Assembly (NCBI GenBank): GCA_041690595.1
Contig: JAWLHB010000023.1
Coordinates: 1 to 64,000 of the forward strand
Direction of reading: 5' to 3'
Origin: Lentisphaeria bacterium
GTDB lineage: Bacteria; Verrucomicrobiota; Lentisphaeria; JABSQK01; JAWLHB01
Length of the DNA: 64,000 bases
The notes beneath the pieces are model-generated. The model searched no databases and was not told where the DNA came from. It worked only from the letters and a program-made list of their open reading frames with translations. Shown here piece after piece: positions 47,467 through 56,775 of the stretch. Numbering within the stretch: the first letter of the stretch is position 1; every line of letters begins with the position of its first letter. A program made the translations under genes and the position numbers.

Positions 47467-50400
47467 ATGCGTATCAATCTGCGAGAACACCTTGGTGTCG
47501 ACTGGAAGCAAGAGCTGGTTTCCTATCCGGTTAGCTTCAGCGATGGTGCCATGCGGGATGCGACCGTCGGCGTGCAAGGGCCCGATGGCGTTACGGCGGG
47601 TCAGCTTCGCGACATTGCGTATTGGCCCGGCTCCAGCGCAGTGAAATCGGCGACGCTCTGGTTCGTGGTCGACAAGCTGGCGGCGCTCACGGAGCAGAGC
47701 TATACGCTGGTGCCCGGCGCGGCGGTCGAGACGGATCTTCAGGTTGTTACCGGCACCGAGATGGTGGACATCTCCACCTCACGCACCGGCCTTCGTTGCC
47801 TTCTGGGGAGTGGCGACTATGCGGACCCAGTCTCCGCGGACAAAGTACCGGGTCCGGTGGTGGGCATGCGCCTTCCAGATGGCAACTGGTTCGGCGGCAG
47901 CCGGCTGTATGGCACGCGGAAGGTGTGCGGCTGGGCGGCGGAGCTGATCGCGAATGGGCCGGTCGTGGCCGAAGTGGCTTTCAGGTATCTCTATGCGGAT
48001 GGTCTGGTCATGCGGCTGAACGCCCGGATCTGTGCCGGCGATTCCCACGTTCACTGGAGCATGTCGGTGGCAGGCGACGCACTGCAGGATGGCTGGCGAC
48101 TGAAGCTGACGCCAGGCCTTGCCAATTTCGTGCTCGACCAGATACCGTGGGAGTTTCATCACAACACCTGGGGCGCAAAGGAGCAGCAGGCAATCGATGT
48201 GCGGCTGGACGACCATGCGCCCGGCGAGCTGACCCGGCTGGTTCCCTGGGAGGATTGGTGGGACGATCAGACGCAGACGCGCTGGGTGATCCGAACGGAA
48301 GGCCGGGGCAAGACTCTGGAGATCGCAAGTGAAGATCCCGATTGCTGGGTGGAACCGGCACCAAAGGGGACGCTGGCGACATGGGAGGGATGGCTGCGCA
48401 AGCCCATCGGCCTCTGCCGCAATGAGGGGGGCGAGGTCTACCTGCGGATCAATGCTGCTTCGGGGCGTCGCGCCTGGCGGCTGGGCGCCTTCATGGATGA
48501 TTCGCGAGAGAGCATTCCAAGCTTCGGAGTTGCGGGCCGAAGCGTCGGCTGCGCACCGCGTCCCGCAATAGGTATGCTCCTGAACGAAGTGAAGGGGTAT
48601 GCGCTGGCTTGGCCGGGCGACGCGGCAACGCATCCACGTCTATATCTGACGGGCGAGGAGGTTCGAGAGAGCCGGCTACGGAGGTCGGCGGAAGCGCGGG
48701 AGGTGGCGGCGTTGCTGGAGCGATCACGGGAAGAGTCTCATGGCGCGCCGCATGTGGCGGATGCCGACGCGCTTGGCGCTTACCTCCTGACGGGCTCGGC
48801 GGAGGTGGCGGCGGCAAGCCGAGTGGCCGAGCGACTCCGCAATCATCTGGCTCTCTTCGGCGCTTTCGACACGATGCGCTTTGTACCGCACGTGGCAGCG
48901 CTTTATGATGCCCTGATCGACGGCCCGCTGATCGGGGAGGAGGAACGCGCCATGCTCCGGGCGCGCTTTGCCTACCTGGGCTATGTGCAGGGATCGTCGG
49001 CGCGCTGGTCATGCGAGCGCGGGTATCGGTCGTACAACCTGAACATGAGCGTCTCGCATACGCTGCATCTGGGGATGATCGCATGCACGATACCCGAGCA
49101 TCCGCAAGCAGGCTGCTGGGTGCAGCCGGCGATCGACCTGGTGGACGATCTGCTTGGGGAGGTGGGGCCGGCTGGCGAATGGCCGGAGAGTGTCTCGAAC
49201 TATGTGCATGTGACGGGGTCGGCGCTCCTGCTCTTCGCCATCACGGCCAGGCAGGCTGGTTTCCGCGATTTTGTGGATGATCCACGGATGAAGCGGCTCT
49301 TCGCGTTCATGGCGAAGCAGTACGCGCCGCGGGATCTGCACCCACGGGAGGCCGGAGCGGCCTCTTTGCGTGGTTTGCCGCCGCATGGGCGAGCAAAGGC
49401 AGGCCACCGCAATGGGCTTCCAGGCTTGATGGCGCGCGCCACGCTCCAGAGCGACCCGACGTATTCCGCTGAGCAGCAGTGGGTGTGGAAGCAGCTCGGG
49501 GAGAACCGGGAGATTCCCAATACGTCGCTCTGTGGGTTCGAGCAGCTCTATCTGGATGCGGAGCTTCCGTCACGGGTGCCCGACTGGCGGAGCGAGGCCT
49601 TTCCGCAGGCCGGGGTCATCCTGCGCGGGAACCTGGGCACTCCCCATGAATTCTATGCCAACCTGATCAGCGCCGATTTTCCACACCAGGTTTTTCCCTC
49701 GGAAACGGGAGCGATCTCATTGATCTGCGCCAAAGGGGCGCCATTGGCCGGTGCCTTCTTCGGCGGTTACGGGGAGCGGGAGGAGCTGCTGGCCAGCCGA
49801 GTCTGCCTGGCGCGCGGTGTCGGCAGCGATGCAGAGCGACGGGCGCGGGTCGGCTATACCGGAACGCCGATCACTCCCGAGGAGGAATCGACGGGCCGGC
49901 GCGTGGCCAAGCCGCCGGCACGCTTCGGCGAAGGAGCGGGCATCGGCACCGTCAGCGACTTCTCGTGGCTGCCTCGCCAGGATTATGCGTCGATCGACGT
50001 GGCGCTTGTCCACCCGCAGGGAGCCCAATGGCCGGTGGCAGCCGGTCTGCCGGAATGGCCACCAAGCGCCGGGCAGGGAGAAGCGCCGCTGCAGTGGCGC
50101 CGCCAGGTACTCTTTCTGAAGGATCCGCGTGGCGCGACGGACTATCTGCTGATTCGCGATACCGTGCGCGGGGATCAACCGACGATGTGGCAGATGTGGA
50201 GCTTGTCGGAGAATCTCGAAACCCCGTCCGACTTGCCGAAGGCCAGGCCTGCCGGTCAGCGGATACTGCCGTGCCGGCGCTTGCGTCAGGAAGATCGCTT
50301 CACCGCCCGCGGCCAGTTCGGTGTGGAGATGGAATACTTCATTGCCTCACCAAAGGAGACACCACGGCACACGCTGCGCTGGGGGACAACCTACACGGCC

Positions 50401-50913
50401 GAACGCTGCTCGTGGCACTCCCTCTCGGTGCTGCGCGACAACTATGCGGAGTACCGCGACCTGCTGCACCTGCAGCTACCGGGCGATGGCGCCTACTATG
50501 TTGCCTTCTATCCGCGCCGGCCCGAGGAAGAGGCGCCGCGTTTCTCCTCGCAGGGCGGCGGAACCATCATCAAGGTCAGCGGCAGCTTCGGTACGGATCA
50601 TGGCTTTCTGAGTGCGTTGCCGACCTCCGCCGAAGGGGATGGAATCCGCTTCCAGGGCGTCGCCGGTTCCGTGCAGGAGCGTGCGAATGGGCTGGTGCTT
50701 GCACTTGGAGCAGCCGGTCGCATCAGCCATCCCGACGGGATCGAACTTGCCTCAGCCGGAGCGGCGCAGCTTCACCTCACGCCTCAACCAATCGTTCAAG
50801 TGCCGTGCAACGAGAGGGGACGGGAGGTGACCGTACGGCTGCCCGGGCAGGGAAGCGCCGTCACGCTATCCCTGCCACCCGGGGTCACCACGATGCCGGT
50901 GGATAGCCGCTGA
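47467..50913 (+). CDS. Large hypothetical protein, possibly lyase-like (helical core plus beta-sandwich)
   Basis: HPRLYLT, GEWPESVSNY and WRRQVLFLK...YLLIRD resemble heparinase II/III-type architecture. Confidence 0.65.
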   Translation: MRINLREHLGVDWKQELVSYPVSFSDGAMRDATVGVQGPDGVTAGQLRDIAYWPGSSAVKSATLWFVVDKLAALTEQSYTLVPGAAVETDLQVVTGTEMVDISTSRTGLRCLLGSGDYADPVSADKVPGPVVGMRLPDGNWFGGSRLYGTRKVCGWAAELIANGPVVAEVAFRYLYADGLVMRLNARICAGDSHVHWSMSVAGDALQDGWRLKLTPGLANFVLDQIPWEFHHNTWGAKEQQAIDVRLDDHAPGELTRLVPWEDWWDDQTQTRWVIRTEGRGKTLEIASEDPDCWVEPAPKGTLATWEGWLRKPIGLCRNEGGEVYLRINAASGRRAWRLGAFMDDSRESIPSFGVAGRSVGCAPRPAIGMLLNEVKGYALAWPGDAATHPRLYLTGEEVRESRLRRSAEAREVAALLERSREESHGAPHVADADALGAYLLTGSAEVAAASRVAERLRNHLALFGAFDTMRFVPHVAALYDALIDGPLIGEEERAMLRARFAYLGYVQGSSARWSCERGYRSYNLNMSVSHTLHLGMIACTIPEHPQAGCWVQPAIDLVDDLLGEVGPAGEWPESVSNYVHVTGSALLLFAITARQAGFRDFVDDPRMKRLFAFMAKQYAPRDLHPREAGAASLRGLPPHGRAKAGHRNGLPGLMARATLQSDPTYSAEQQWVWKQLGENREIPNTSLCGFEQLYLDAELPSRVPDWRSEAFPQAGVILRGNLGTPHEFYANLISADFPHQVFPSETGAISLICAKGAPLAGAFFGGYGEREELLASRVCLARGVGSDAERRARVGYTGTPITPEEESTGRRVAKPPARFGEGAGIGTVSDFSWLPRQDYASIDVALVHPQGAQWPVAAGLPEWPPSAGQGEAPLQWRRQVLFLKDPRGATDYLLIRDTVRGDQPTMWQMWSLSENLETPSDLPKARPAGQRILPCRRLRQEDRFTARGQFGVEMEYFIASPKETPRHTLRWGTTYTAERCSWHSLSVLRDNYAEYRDLLHLQLPGDGAYYVAFYPRRPEEEAPRFSSQGGGTIIKVSGSFGTDHGFLSALPTSAEGDGIRFQGVAGSVQERANGLVLALGAAGRISHPDGIELASAGAAQLHLTPQPIVQVPCNERGREVTVRLPGQGSAVTLSLPPGVTTMPVDSR

Positions 50914-50961
50914 TCCCCGCCGGTGGCATGATCGAGATATGCCAGAACCTGTCAGCCCTGC

Positions 50962-52761
50962 TTAAGCCGTTGATGGAAAAACAATGGCGAGTTGGGCGTA
51001 GCCGGCTTTGACGATGGCATAGGCGGGCTTGGGGAGGAGCGTGTCGGTAAGGAGGCCTTTGCGGTTATAGCCGCGCTGGAAGCGGCCGAGCTTGATGGGG
51101 GTGCGATAGTCGTTGAGGACAAAGATGGCTAGGCCCTGAAGGCTGCCTTCGGCAGCACAGGTGGCGACGAGCTCCTGGAGGCGGCGATGGTAGTCGGCCT
51201 GTCGTTTCTCGCCGTAGTCGAATCCGGGTTCGTCTTTGACGGCGTCGATACCGGCTTCGGCCCAGATGACGGGCTTGTCGGTCAGTTCGCCAGCACCTCG
51301 AAGGCGCTGGTGCTGGGAGGGAAATTCGGGCATGGCGGTGGGATCGACACCGTCAAGGATACCGACATAGCTGTTGAAGGCCATGACGTCGAGCTTCTCG
51401 CGAATGGCTGCCGGGCAGGCTTTTTCGAATTGGGGGCTGGCGGCTCCTTCGAAGCCGCCGGTGTAGGCGACGAGTCGCGAGGGGTCGTGTTCGTGAAGCC
51501 AGTCGGCTGCTTCGAGGAAGTATTGAAGGTTGGACTGGCCGGCGTGCCGGTCATGATAGAGGCATTCGTTGCCGATACTCCAGAAGACGACGGAGGGGGC
51601 GTTGCGGTGTTCACGGAGCATTTCGTCGAGGGCGCACATGGCGCGGCGGCTCTCCGTGGGGCACTGCATGGTGGGGATCCAGTAGGCTGGCACTTCCATC
51701 CAGAGGAGGATGCCGGCGCGGTCGCAGGCGGCGACGAATTCGGCGCTCTGTGGGCAGTGACCGGCGCGGGCGAAGTTGCAGTTGAGGTCGCACAGAAGGT
51801 CCACGGTTTGCTGGGCGGTGCGCTCGCCCATGGAGAAGATGCCGCGGTCGGGATCTTCCATCCAGGCACAGACGCCACGGAGGAAGATGGGTTCGCCGTT
51901 GAGGAGGAGCTGGCGACCGCGAGTGACGATTTCGCGGAGACCGACGCGGTCGTGCCAATGGTCCAGTCCGGCCTGGACGTCGAGACGATAGAGGAATGGA
52001 GAGGCGCATGACCAGAGCTTGAGGTCGGCGCGCGGCAGGGCGATGGAGGCATGAGCCCAGGCGCCGCCGAGGGCATCGAGGGAAAGCTTCGCAACCAGGG
52101 CGCCGGTGTCGGGATCTACCAGGCGGATATGGGTGGGGGTGACGGTGCGGCGGTCGGCGGTTTCGAGCAGGACCGAGAAGCGCAGTTCGACACGGTCCTT
52201 CGTGAGGTGGGTGGTGAGGGCGGCTTCCCGCACATAAGTGGCGGGGCGGTAGTGGAGGGTGACTTGGCGATGGATGCCGCCGTCGTGCCACCAGTCGTAT
52301 ATCTTGCCGGGGACGCCATCGGCCTGGCGTTGGTTGTCGACCTGGATAAGCAGGCGATTCTGCTCGGCGAGTGCTTCGGTGACGTCGACGGTGAAGGCGG
52401 TGTGGCCGCCATCGTGCTCGCCGAGGTAGGCGCCATTGAGAAAGAGGCGGCAGCGGTCGGCAACACCACCGAAGTGCAGAAAGGCGCGTTCGGCTACGGC
52501 CGCCGGGCGAGCCGCGAAGTGCTTGAGGTAGATGACGGTCCCTTCGTAGTAGACGAGTTCGGGGTGGAGGCGGGTGAAGGCGCCTGGCACCTGAGTAGGC
52601 CAGAAGGCGTCGTCGTCGTAGGAGGGGAAGAAGTGCCCGGGTTGGCGGGTGGACTTCCACCATTGCTGGCGCTCGCAGCGCCCCATCGGATCGGGCAGCA
52701 GCCCCCATTTTCCAGCCAGCGAAACGCCGGTCAGTCCGCCCCATTGAATGCGCTGCATCAT
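50962..52761 (-). CDS. Glycoside hydrolase family 2 (beta-glucuronidase/galactosidase-like)
   Basis: GGIHRQV, LNGEPIFLRGV, WSIGNE (acid/base), PVIWAEAG (nucleophile), NRKGL. Confidence 0.92.
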   Translation of the reverse strand: MMQRIQWGGLTGVSLAGKWGLLPDPMGRCERQQWWKSTRQPGHFFPSYDDDAFWPTQVPGAFTRLHPELVYYEGTVIYLKHFAARPAAVAERAFLHFGGVADRCRLFLNGAYLGEHDGGHTAFTVDVTEALAEQNRLLIQVDNQRQADGVPGKIYDWWHDGGIHRQVTLHYRPATYVREAALTTHLTKDRVELRFSVLLETADRRTVTPTHIRLVDPDTGALVAKLSLDALGGAWAHASIALPRADLKLWSCASPFLYRLDVQAGLDHWHDRVGLREIVTRGRQLLLNGEPIFLRGVCAWMEDPDRGIFSMGERTAQQTVDLLCDLNCNFARAGHCPQSAEFVAACDRAGILLWMEVPAYWIPTMQCPTESRRAMCALDEMLREHRNAPSVVFWSIGNECLYHDRHAGQSNLQYFLEAADWLHEHDPSRLVAYTGGFEGAASPQFEKACPAAIREKLDVMAFNSYVGILDGVDPTAMPEFPSQHQRLRGAGELTDKPVIWAEAGIDAVKDEPGFDYGEKRQADYHRRLQELVATCAAEGSLQGLAIFVLNDYRTPIKLGRFQRGYNRKGLLTDTLLPKPAYAIVKAGYAQLAIVFPSTA

Positions 52762-53002
52762 GGTATATCAACCTCGTGCGTTTGTTGCATGAAACGTATG
52801 TATGCGGGCCGCGCATGCCTGGTCATGGTGCAGTGAGCGGCAGACAATATGAGGTCCCGCGGATGCGTAATTGCAAGCTGAAATACGGAACTTTGTCGCA
52901 CACGTCGGCGGCACGCATGCGGTCACAGCAGATACGGGCAAAACGGGCGGGAAGCAGGGGATTTCATTGGGGGCGAGGGCAACAGGTCCGCCTACGCAGG
53001 AG

Positions 53003-53803
53003 CTATCCTTCGAGACCGCCGCAGGGGCCACCACCGGGCGCGACCGCGCGTAGCACTTCGTGGCCATCCGCGTTCATCAACGGGAAGTAGGATTGGGCGA
53101 TTTCGCGGTCGGAGTCGGCCATGTAATGGCAGATGTAGCTGCGCCGCCAGCGAGTGGCGGAACGGTTGGGGAGAGAGCCGTGAATGACGTTGCCGTTGAA
53201 GAAGAGGACGTCCCCCGGTCCCATGTCAGCCGATACGGGCTCCGCCCCCGGTGGCGGCGCCACATAGTTGGGGGAGAAGGAGAGATCGGCGTCGGACTTC
53301 TCCGGGCAAACGACCTCGATGTTCTGCGTATGCGGGATGACCTGCAGGCCACCGTTGTCGCTGTCGCAACGGTCGAGGGCGATCCATGCGGCGATACAGG
53401 TGCCGGGCTTGACGTTGAGGTAGAAGTTGTCCTGATGCAAGGCCTGGCCGCGCGCCCCGGCGGGTTTGAAGTAGTACATGCTCTGGGCGGCGACAGGCTC
53501 CTCACCGAGAAGCTGCTGAAGTATGCTCCAGATGCGGCTGTCGAGCAGATACCGCCTGGCGAAGTTGTCCCAGCGATGCGGCTGCATGATGCGAGGATAC
53601 ATCTTGAGGGGATCGCCACCGGCTTCGCGGCTGTCGAGCGGCTGATAGTGATCGCGTGGCGGATTGTCGTGCATGGCCAGGAAGTGGGCGTTGATGGCGT
53701 CAACTTCCTCGGTAGAGATCAAGGCACGGACAATGAGGTAGCCATCGTGATGGTACTGATGGATCTGATCGGCAGTGAGTTCAAAGAAATCGGTAAGTGG
53801 CAT
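53003..53803 (-). CDS. PhyH family dioxygenase
   Basis: YHHDGY, LHQDNFY, WIALD...NGGL, IHGSLPNRS..WRR. Confidence 0.92.
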   Translation of the reverse strand: MPLTDFFELTADQIHQYHHDGYLIVRALISTEEVDAINAHFLAMHDNPPRDHYQPLDSREAGGDPLKMYPRIMQPHRWDNFARRYLLDSRIWSILQQLLGEEPVAAQSMYYFKPAGARGQALHQDNFYLNVKPGTCIAAWIALDRCDSDNGGLQVIPHTQNIEVVCPEKSDADLSFSPNYVAPPPGAEPVSADMGPGDVLFFNGNVIHGSLPNRSATRWRRSYICHYMADSDREIAQSYFPLMNADGHEVLRAVAPGGGPCGGLEG

Positions 53804-53891
53804 GGCGGAACCTGGATGCAGGGGTTGTAGAAACGACACATTGCTGTCATACTATCAGTCCTACTATACGCTCAACCTTGCCTGAGAGTGA

Positions 53892-54800
53892 ATGCACGTG
53901 TCTGCCGACTCCTTACACGATTGTGCTATCTGGAAGGAGCGTGAGCCGGATCCGGCACAAACGCCCCCGTTACAAGTGAGTTCCAGCTATTACGACAACA
54001 GGCTGGGCTATCGCACGTATCGTCCAGGTGGAGCGGGTCGCTGGCTGCTGACGGTGACCTTTGGTGGAGAGGGCCGTTTTCGCCAGCCGCCTCAGACGGA
54101 TTTTCGCGTGCGCGAGGGGGACGTGGTGCTGCTGGAGCCGACCGCCTTCAGCGACTACGGAACGGCGCGCAGTCGCTGGCAGTTTCACTGGGTGCATTTC
54201 CAGCCGCTGCCAGGATGGGAAAGCTGGTTGACGCTGGAACGGAGCGGACGCGGTCTGCACCGTGCCCACGTCGCCTCTCCGGCGGTTCGTCAGCGGATCG
54301 ATGAAACCTTTCGGCGCCTGCACGCGGATCTTATAGCCCAGGATGCCTTTGCGGAAGATCTGGCGCGATCGGCACTGGCGGAGATCCTGCTGCTGATCAA
54401 CCGGGAACGGGGCCAGGACAGCCCGCTGGACGAACGCGTCGCCACGGCGCTGAAGCAGATTCACCAGGATCTGGCCGCCACGCATACGGTGGAGACACTG
54501 GCGCGGAGCGTCTCACTTTCGCCATCACGGTTCGCGCACCTGTTCAGCCAGGAAACAGGGCAATCGCTGATCCAGACTCTGACCCAACTGCGCCTGCGGC
54601 AGGCCTGCCGCCTCCTCGCCACGACGGAAGAACCAATTTCACGGATCGGCGGCATTGTCGGCTTCAATATGCCGCATTACTTTTCACGACAGTTCCGTGC
54701 CCAGCTTGGGATGAGCCCGTCGGCATACCGCGAGCGTTGCCGCCATGGATTTCAGGAGCCCAAGCAGAATCCAGTACCGAGGACCAGAGCCAAAACATGA
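53892..54800 (+). CDS. AraC family transcriptional regulator
   Basis: SLSPSRFAHLF and GFNMPHYFSRQF; AraC-type ligand domain WQFHWVHF. Confidence 0.93.
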   Translation: MHVSADSLHDCAIWKEREPDPAQTPPLQVSSSYYDNRLGYRTYRPGGAGRWLLTVTFGGEGRFRQPPQTDFRVREGDVVLLEPTAFSDYGTARSRWQFHWVHFQPLPGWESWLTLERSGRGLHRAHVASPAVRQRIDETFRRLHADLIAQDAFAEDLARSALAEILLLINRERGQDSPLDERVATALKQIHQDLAATHTVETLARSVSLSPSRFAHLFSQETGQSLIQTLTQLRLRQACRLLATTEEPISRIGGIVGFNMPHYFSRQFRAQLGMSPSAYRERCRHGFQEPKQNPVPRTRAKT

Positions 54801-55903
54801 AGCCCAACGAAAGAGTCCGAGCCGTCTACCGTGGAGAGAAGCCCGACCAGGTGCCACTGATGCTCGATCTTTCGCATTGGTACAAGAAGAACCACGGCGT
54901 GGCTTTTGATCTTGGCGGCTTCACGGATGTCGAAGCGGGGTTGGTGGAACTGCACCAGCGGATTGGCGCCGTCGCCTACGTCGAGATGGGCGGCTTCTAT
55001 GATCTCAGCACCGACGATCCCGAGATCGAGCTGAAGAGCGAGACGCGGGATGGCATCTTCCGCACGCATATCCGTACGCCAGTGGGCGAACTTCATGAAG
55101 AGCGGGTCTTCAACCCGACCAGCTATTCTTACGGGATTCGCAAGCATCTGCTCACCTCGCCGGACGATTTTCCCGTGGTGGAATTTCTCATGGAGCGGTT
55201 GCAATGCCGTCCCAACTGGGCGCGTTATCATCGCTGGCGCGAGGCACTTGGGGAGCTGGCCTTTCCCTATGCCCAACTCCCCTACTCCGGTTCAGGTTAC
55301 CTGATCTCGCGCCACTTCGGCGTCGAGAAGACCATCTATGCGATGCTGGATCACCCCGGCAAGGTGCAGCGCCTCGTGGAAGCCATCAACCGCTGCAATC
55401 TGCGGATCCTGGAGAGCATTCTCGACGGGCCGTTCGAAACGCTGCTCATCAGCGACAACTACGACAGCAACGTGCAGACCAAGAGCTTCTTCGACACCTA
55501 TGTTCGCGACTACTATGCCGAAGTGGCGCGGCGCCTGCATGCCCATGGCAAGTACCTTGCCATCCATGTCGACGGAGAAAGCCGCGGAATTCTGCATCGA
55601 CTGAGCGAGTGCGGCGTCGACTGCGCCGATGCGCTGACCCCCTCGCCCATGTTTGCCCATACCCCAGAGCAGATGCGCAAGGAAGCCGGCCCCGAGCTGA
55701 TCCTCTCCGGCGGCATCCCCGCGACGCTCTTCGAACCCCGCACCAGTGACGCCCAGTTCGAAGAGAGCGTAAAGCGCTGGCTGGATACCCGATTGCACTC
55801 CCCCCGCCTGATCATGGCCGCCGGCGACCAAGTACCCATCGACGCCACTTTCGAACGTATCGCCCTCCTCCCCCACTTGGTTGCCCAACACGGCCGGTAC
55901 TGA
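54797..55903 (+). CDS. URO-D superfamily protein
   Basis: ERVRAVYRGEKPDQVP, HVDG, LSGGIP, AGDQVP; ATGA overlap with AraC. Confidence 0.82.
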   Translation: MKPNERVRAVYRGEKPDQVPLMLDLSHWYKKNHGVAFDLGGFTDVEAGLVELHQRIGAVAYVEMGGFYDLSTDDPEIELKSETRDGIFRTHIRTPVGELHEERVFNPTSYSYGIRKHLLTSPDDFPVVEFLMERLQCRPNWARYHRWREALGELAFPYAQLPYSGSGYLISRHFGVEKTIYAMLDHPGKVQRLVEAINRCNLRILESILDGPFETLLISDNYDSNVQTKSFFDTYVRDYYAEVARRLHAHGKYLAIHVDGESRGILHRLSECGVDCADALTPSPMFAHTPEQMRKEAGPELILSGGIPATLFEPRTSDAQFEESVKRWLDTRLHSPRLIMAAGDQVPIDATFERIALLPHLVAQHGRY

Positions 55904-55950
55904 CGAAAGAAACCTTGTCCAACTTGCACCTTAAACTCAAGAGAGTCCCC

Positions 55951-56769
55951 ATGCCTATCCAGATGCGCCCCAGCCGCGTACTACAGAAACTGCGAGCCGG
56001 AGAGGTGGCTACCAGCTTCAAGCTCAACCTGGCCGACGCCCGGGCAGTCGAGATCGCCGCCATGGCCGGCTTCGACTGCCTGTGGCTGGATATGGAACAC
56101 GTCCCCAATGACCACTCCGTCATCGAAAGCGGAATCTGGGCCGCCAAGAGTCAAGATACAGACATCATGGTACGCGTCGCGCGCGGCAGCTACAGCGACT
56201 ACGTGCGGCCACTCGAAATGGACGCAGCCGGCATCATGGTTCCACACCTCATGGGACTCGCCGATGCCCAAGCCATCGTACGCACCACACGTTTCCATCC
56301 ACTGGGCCGCCGCGCCCTGGATGGCGGGAATGCCGACGGCGCGTACTGCGGGATCGACCTCAAGGCGTACATCGAGCAGGCCAACGCCCAGCGCTTCGTC
56401 GTCGTGCAGATCGAGGATCCCGAGCCACTCCCGGAACTCGACGCCATAGCCGCGCTCCCCGGAATCGACATGCTCTTCTTCGGGCCTGGAGACTTCAGTC
56501 ATGCCATCGGAGCCCCCGGTGACTGGGATCACCCGCGGATCGTGGAGGCACGTCAGCGAGTCGTGGAAGCCGCGCAGGCCAACGGGAAGTTTGCCGGCAC
56601 GGTAGCCGCGCCCGGGAACATCGACGCCCTCATCGCCCAAGGTTACCGCTTCCTCAACATGGGCGCCGACGTCGTTGGGCTGGCACACTACTGTCAATCC
56701 ATGATGAGCATCTTCACCAAGTCGACCAGCACTCAGAACAGCAGCCTCTACGGCCGCGAAGGCAGTTGA
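55951..56769 (+). CDS. HpcH/HpaI aldolase family protein
   Basis: GFDCLWLDMEH, FHPLGRR, VQIED, FFGPGDFS. Confidence 0.93.
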   Translation: MPIQMRPSRVLQKLRAGEVATSFKLNLADARAVEIAAMAGFDCLWLDMEHVPNDHSVIESGIWAAKSQDTDIMVRVARGSYSDYVRPLEMDAAGIMVPHLMGLADAQAIVRTTRFHPLGRRALDGGNADGAYCGIDLKAYIEQANAQRFVVVQIEDPEPLPELDAIAALPGIDMLFFGPGDFSHAIGAPGDWDHPRIVEARQRVVEAAQANGKFAGTVAAPGNIDALIAQGYRFLNMGADVVGLAHYCQSMMSIFTKSTSTQNSSLYGREGS

Positions 56770-56775
56770 GATACG

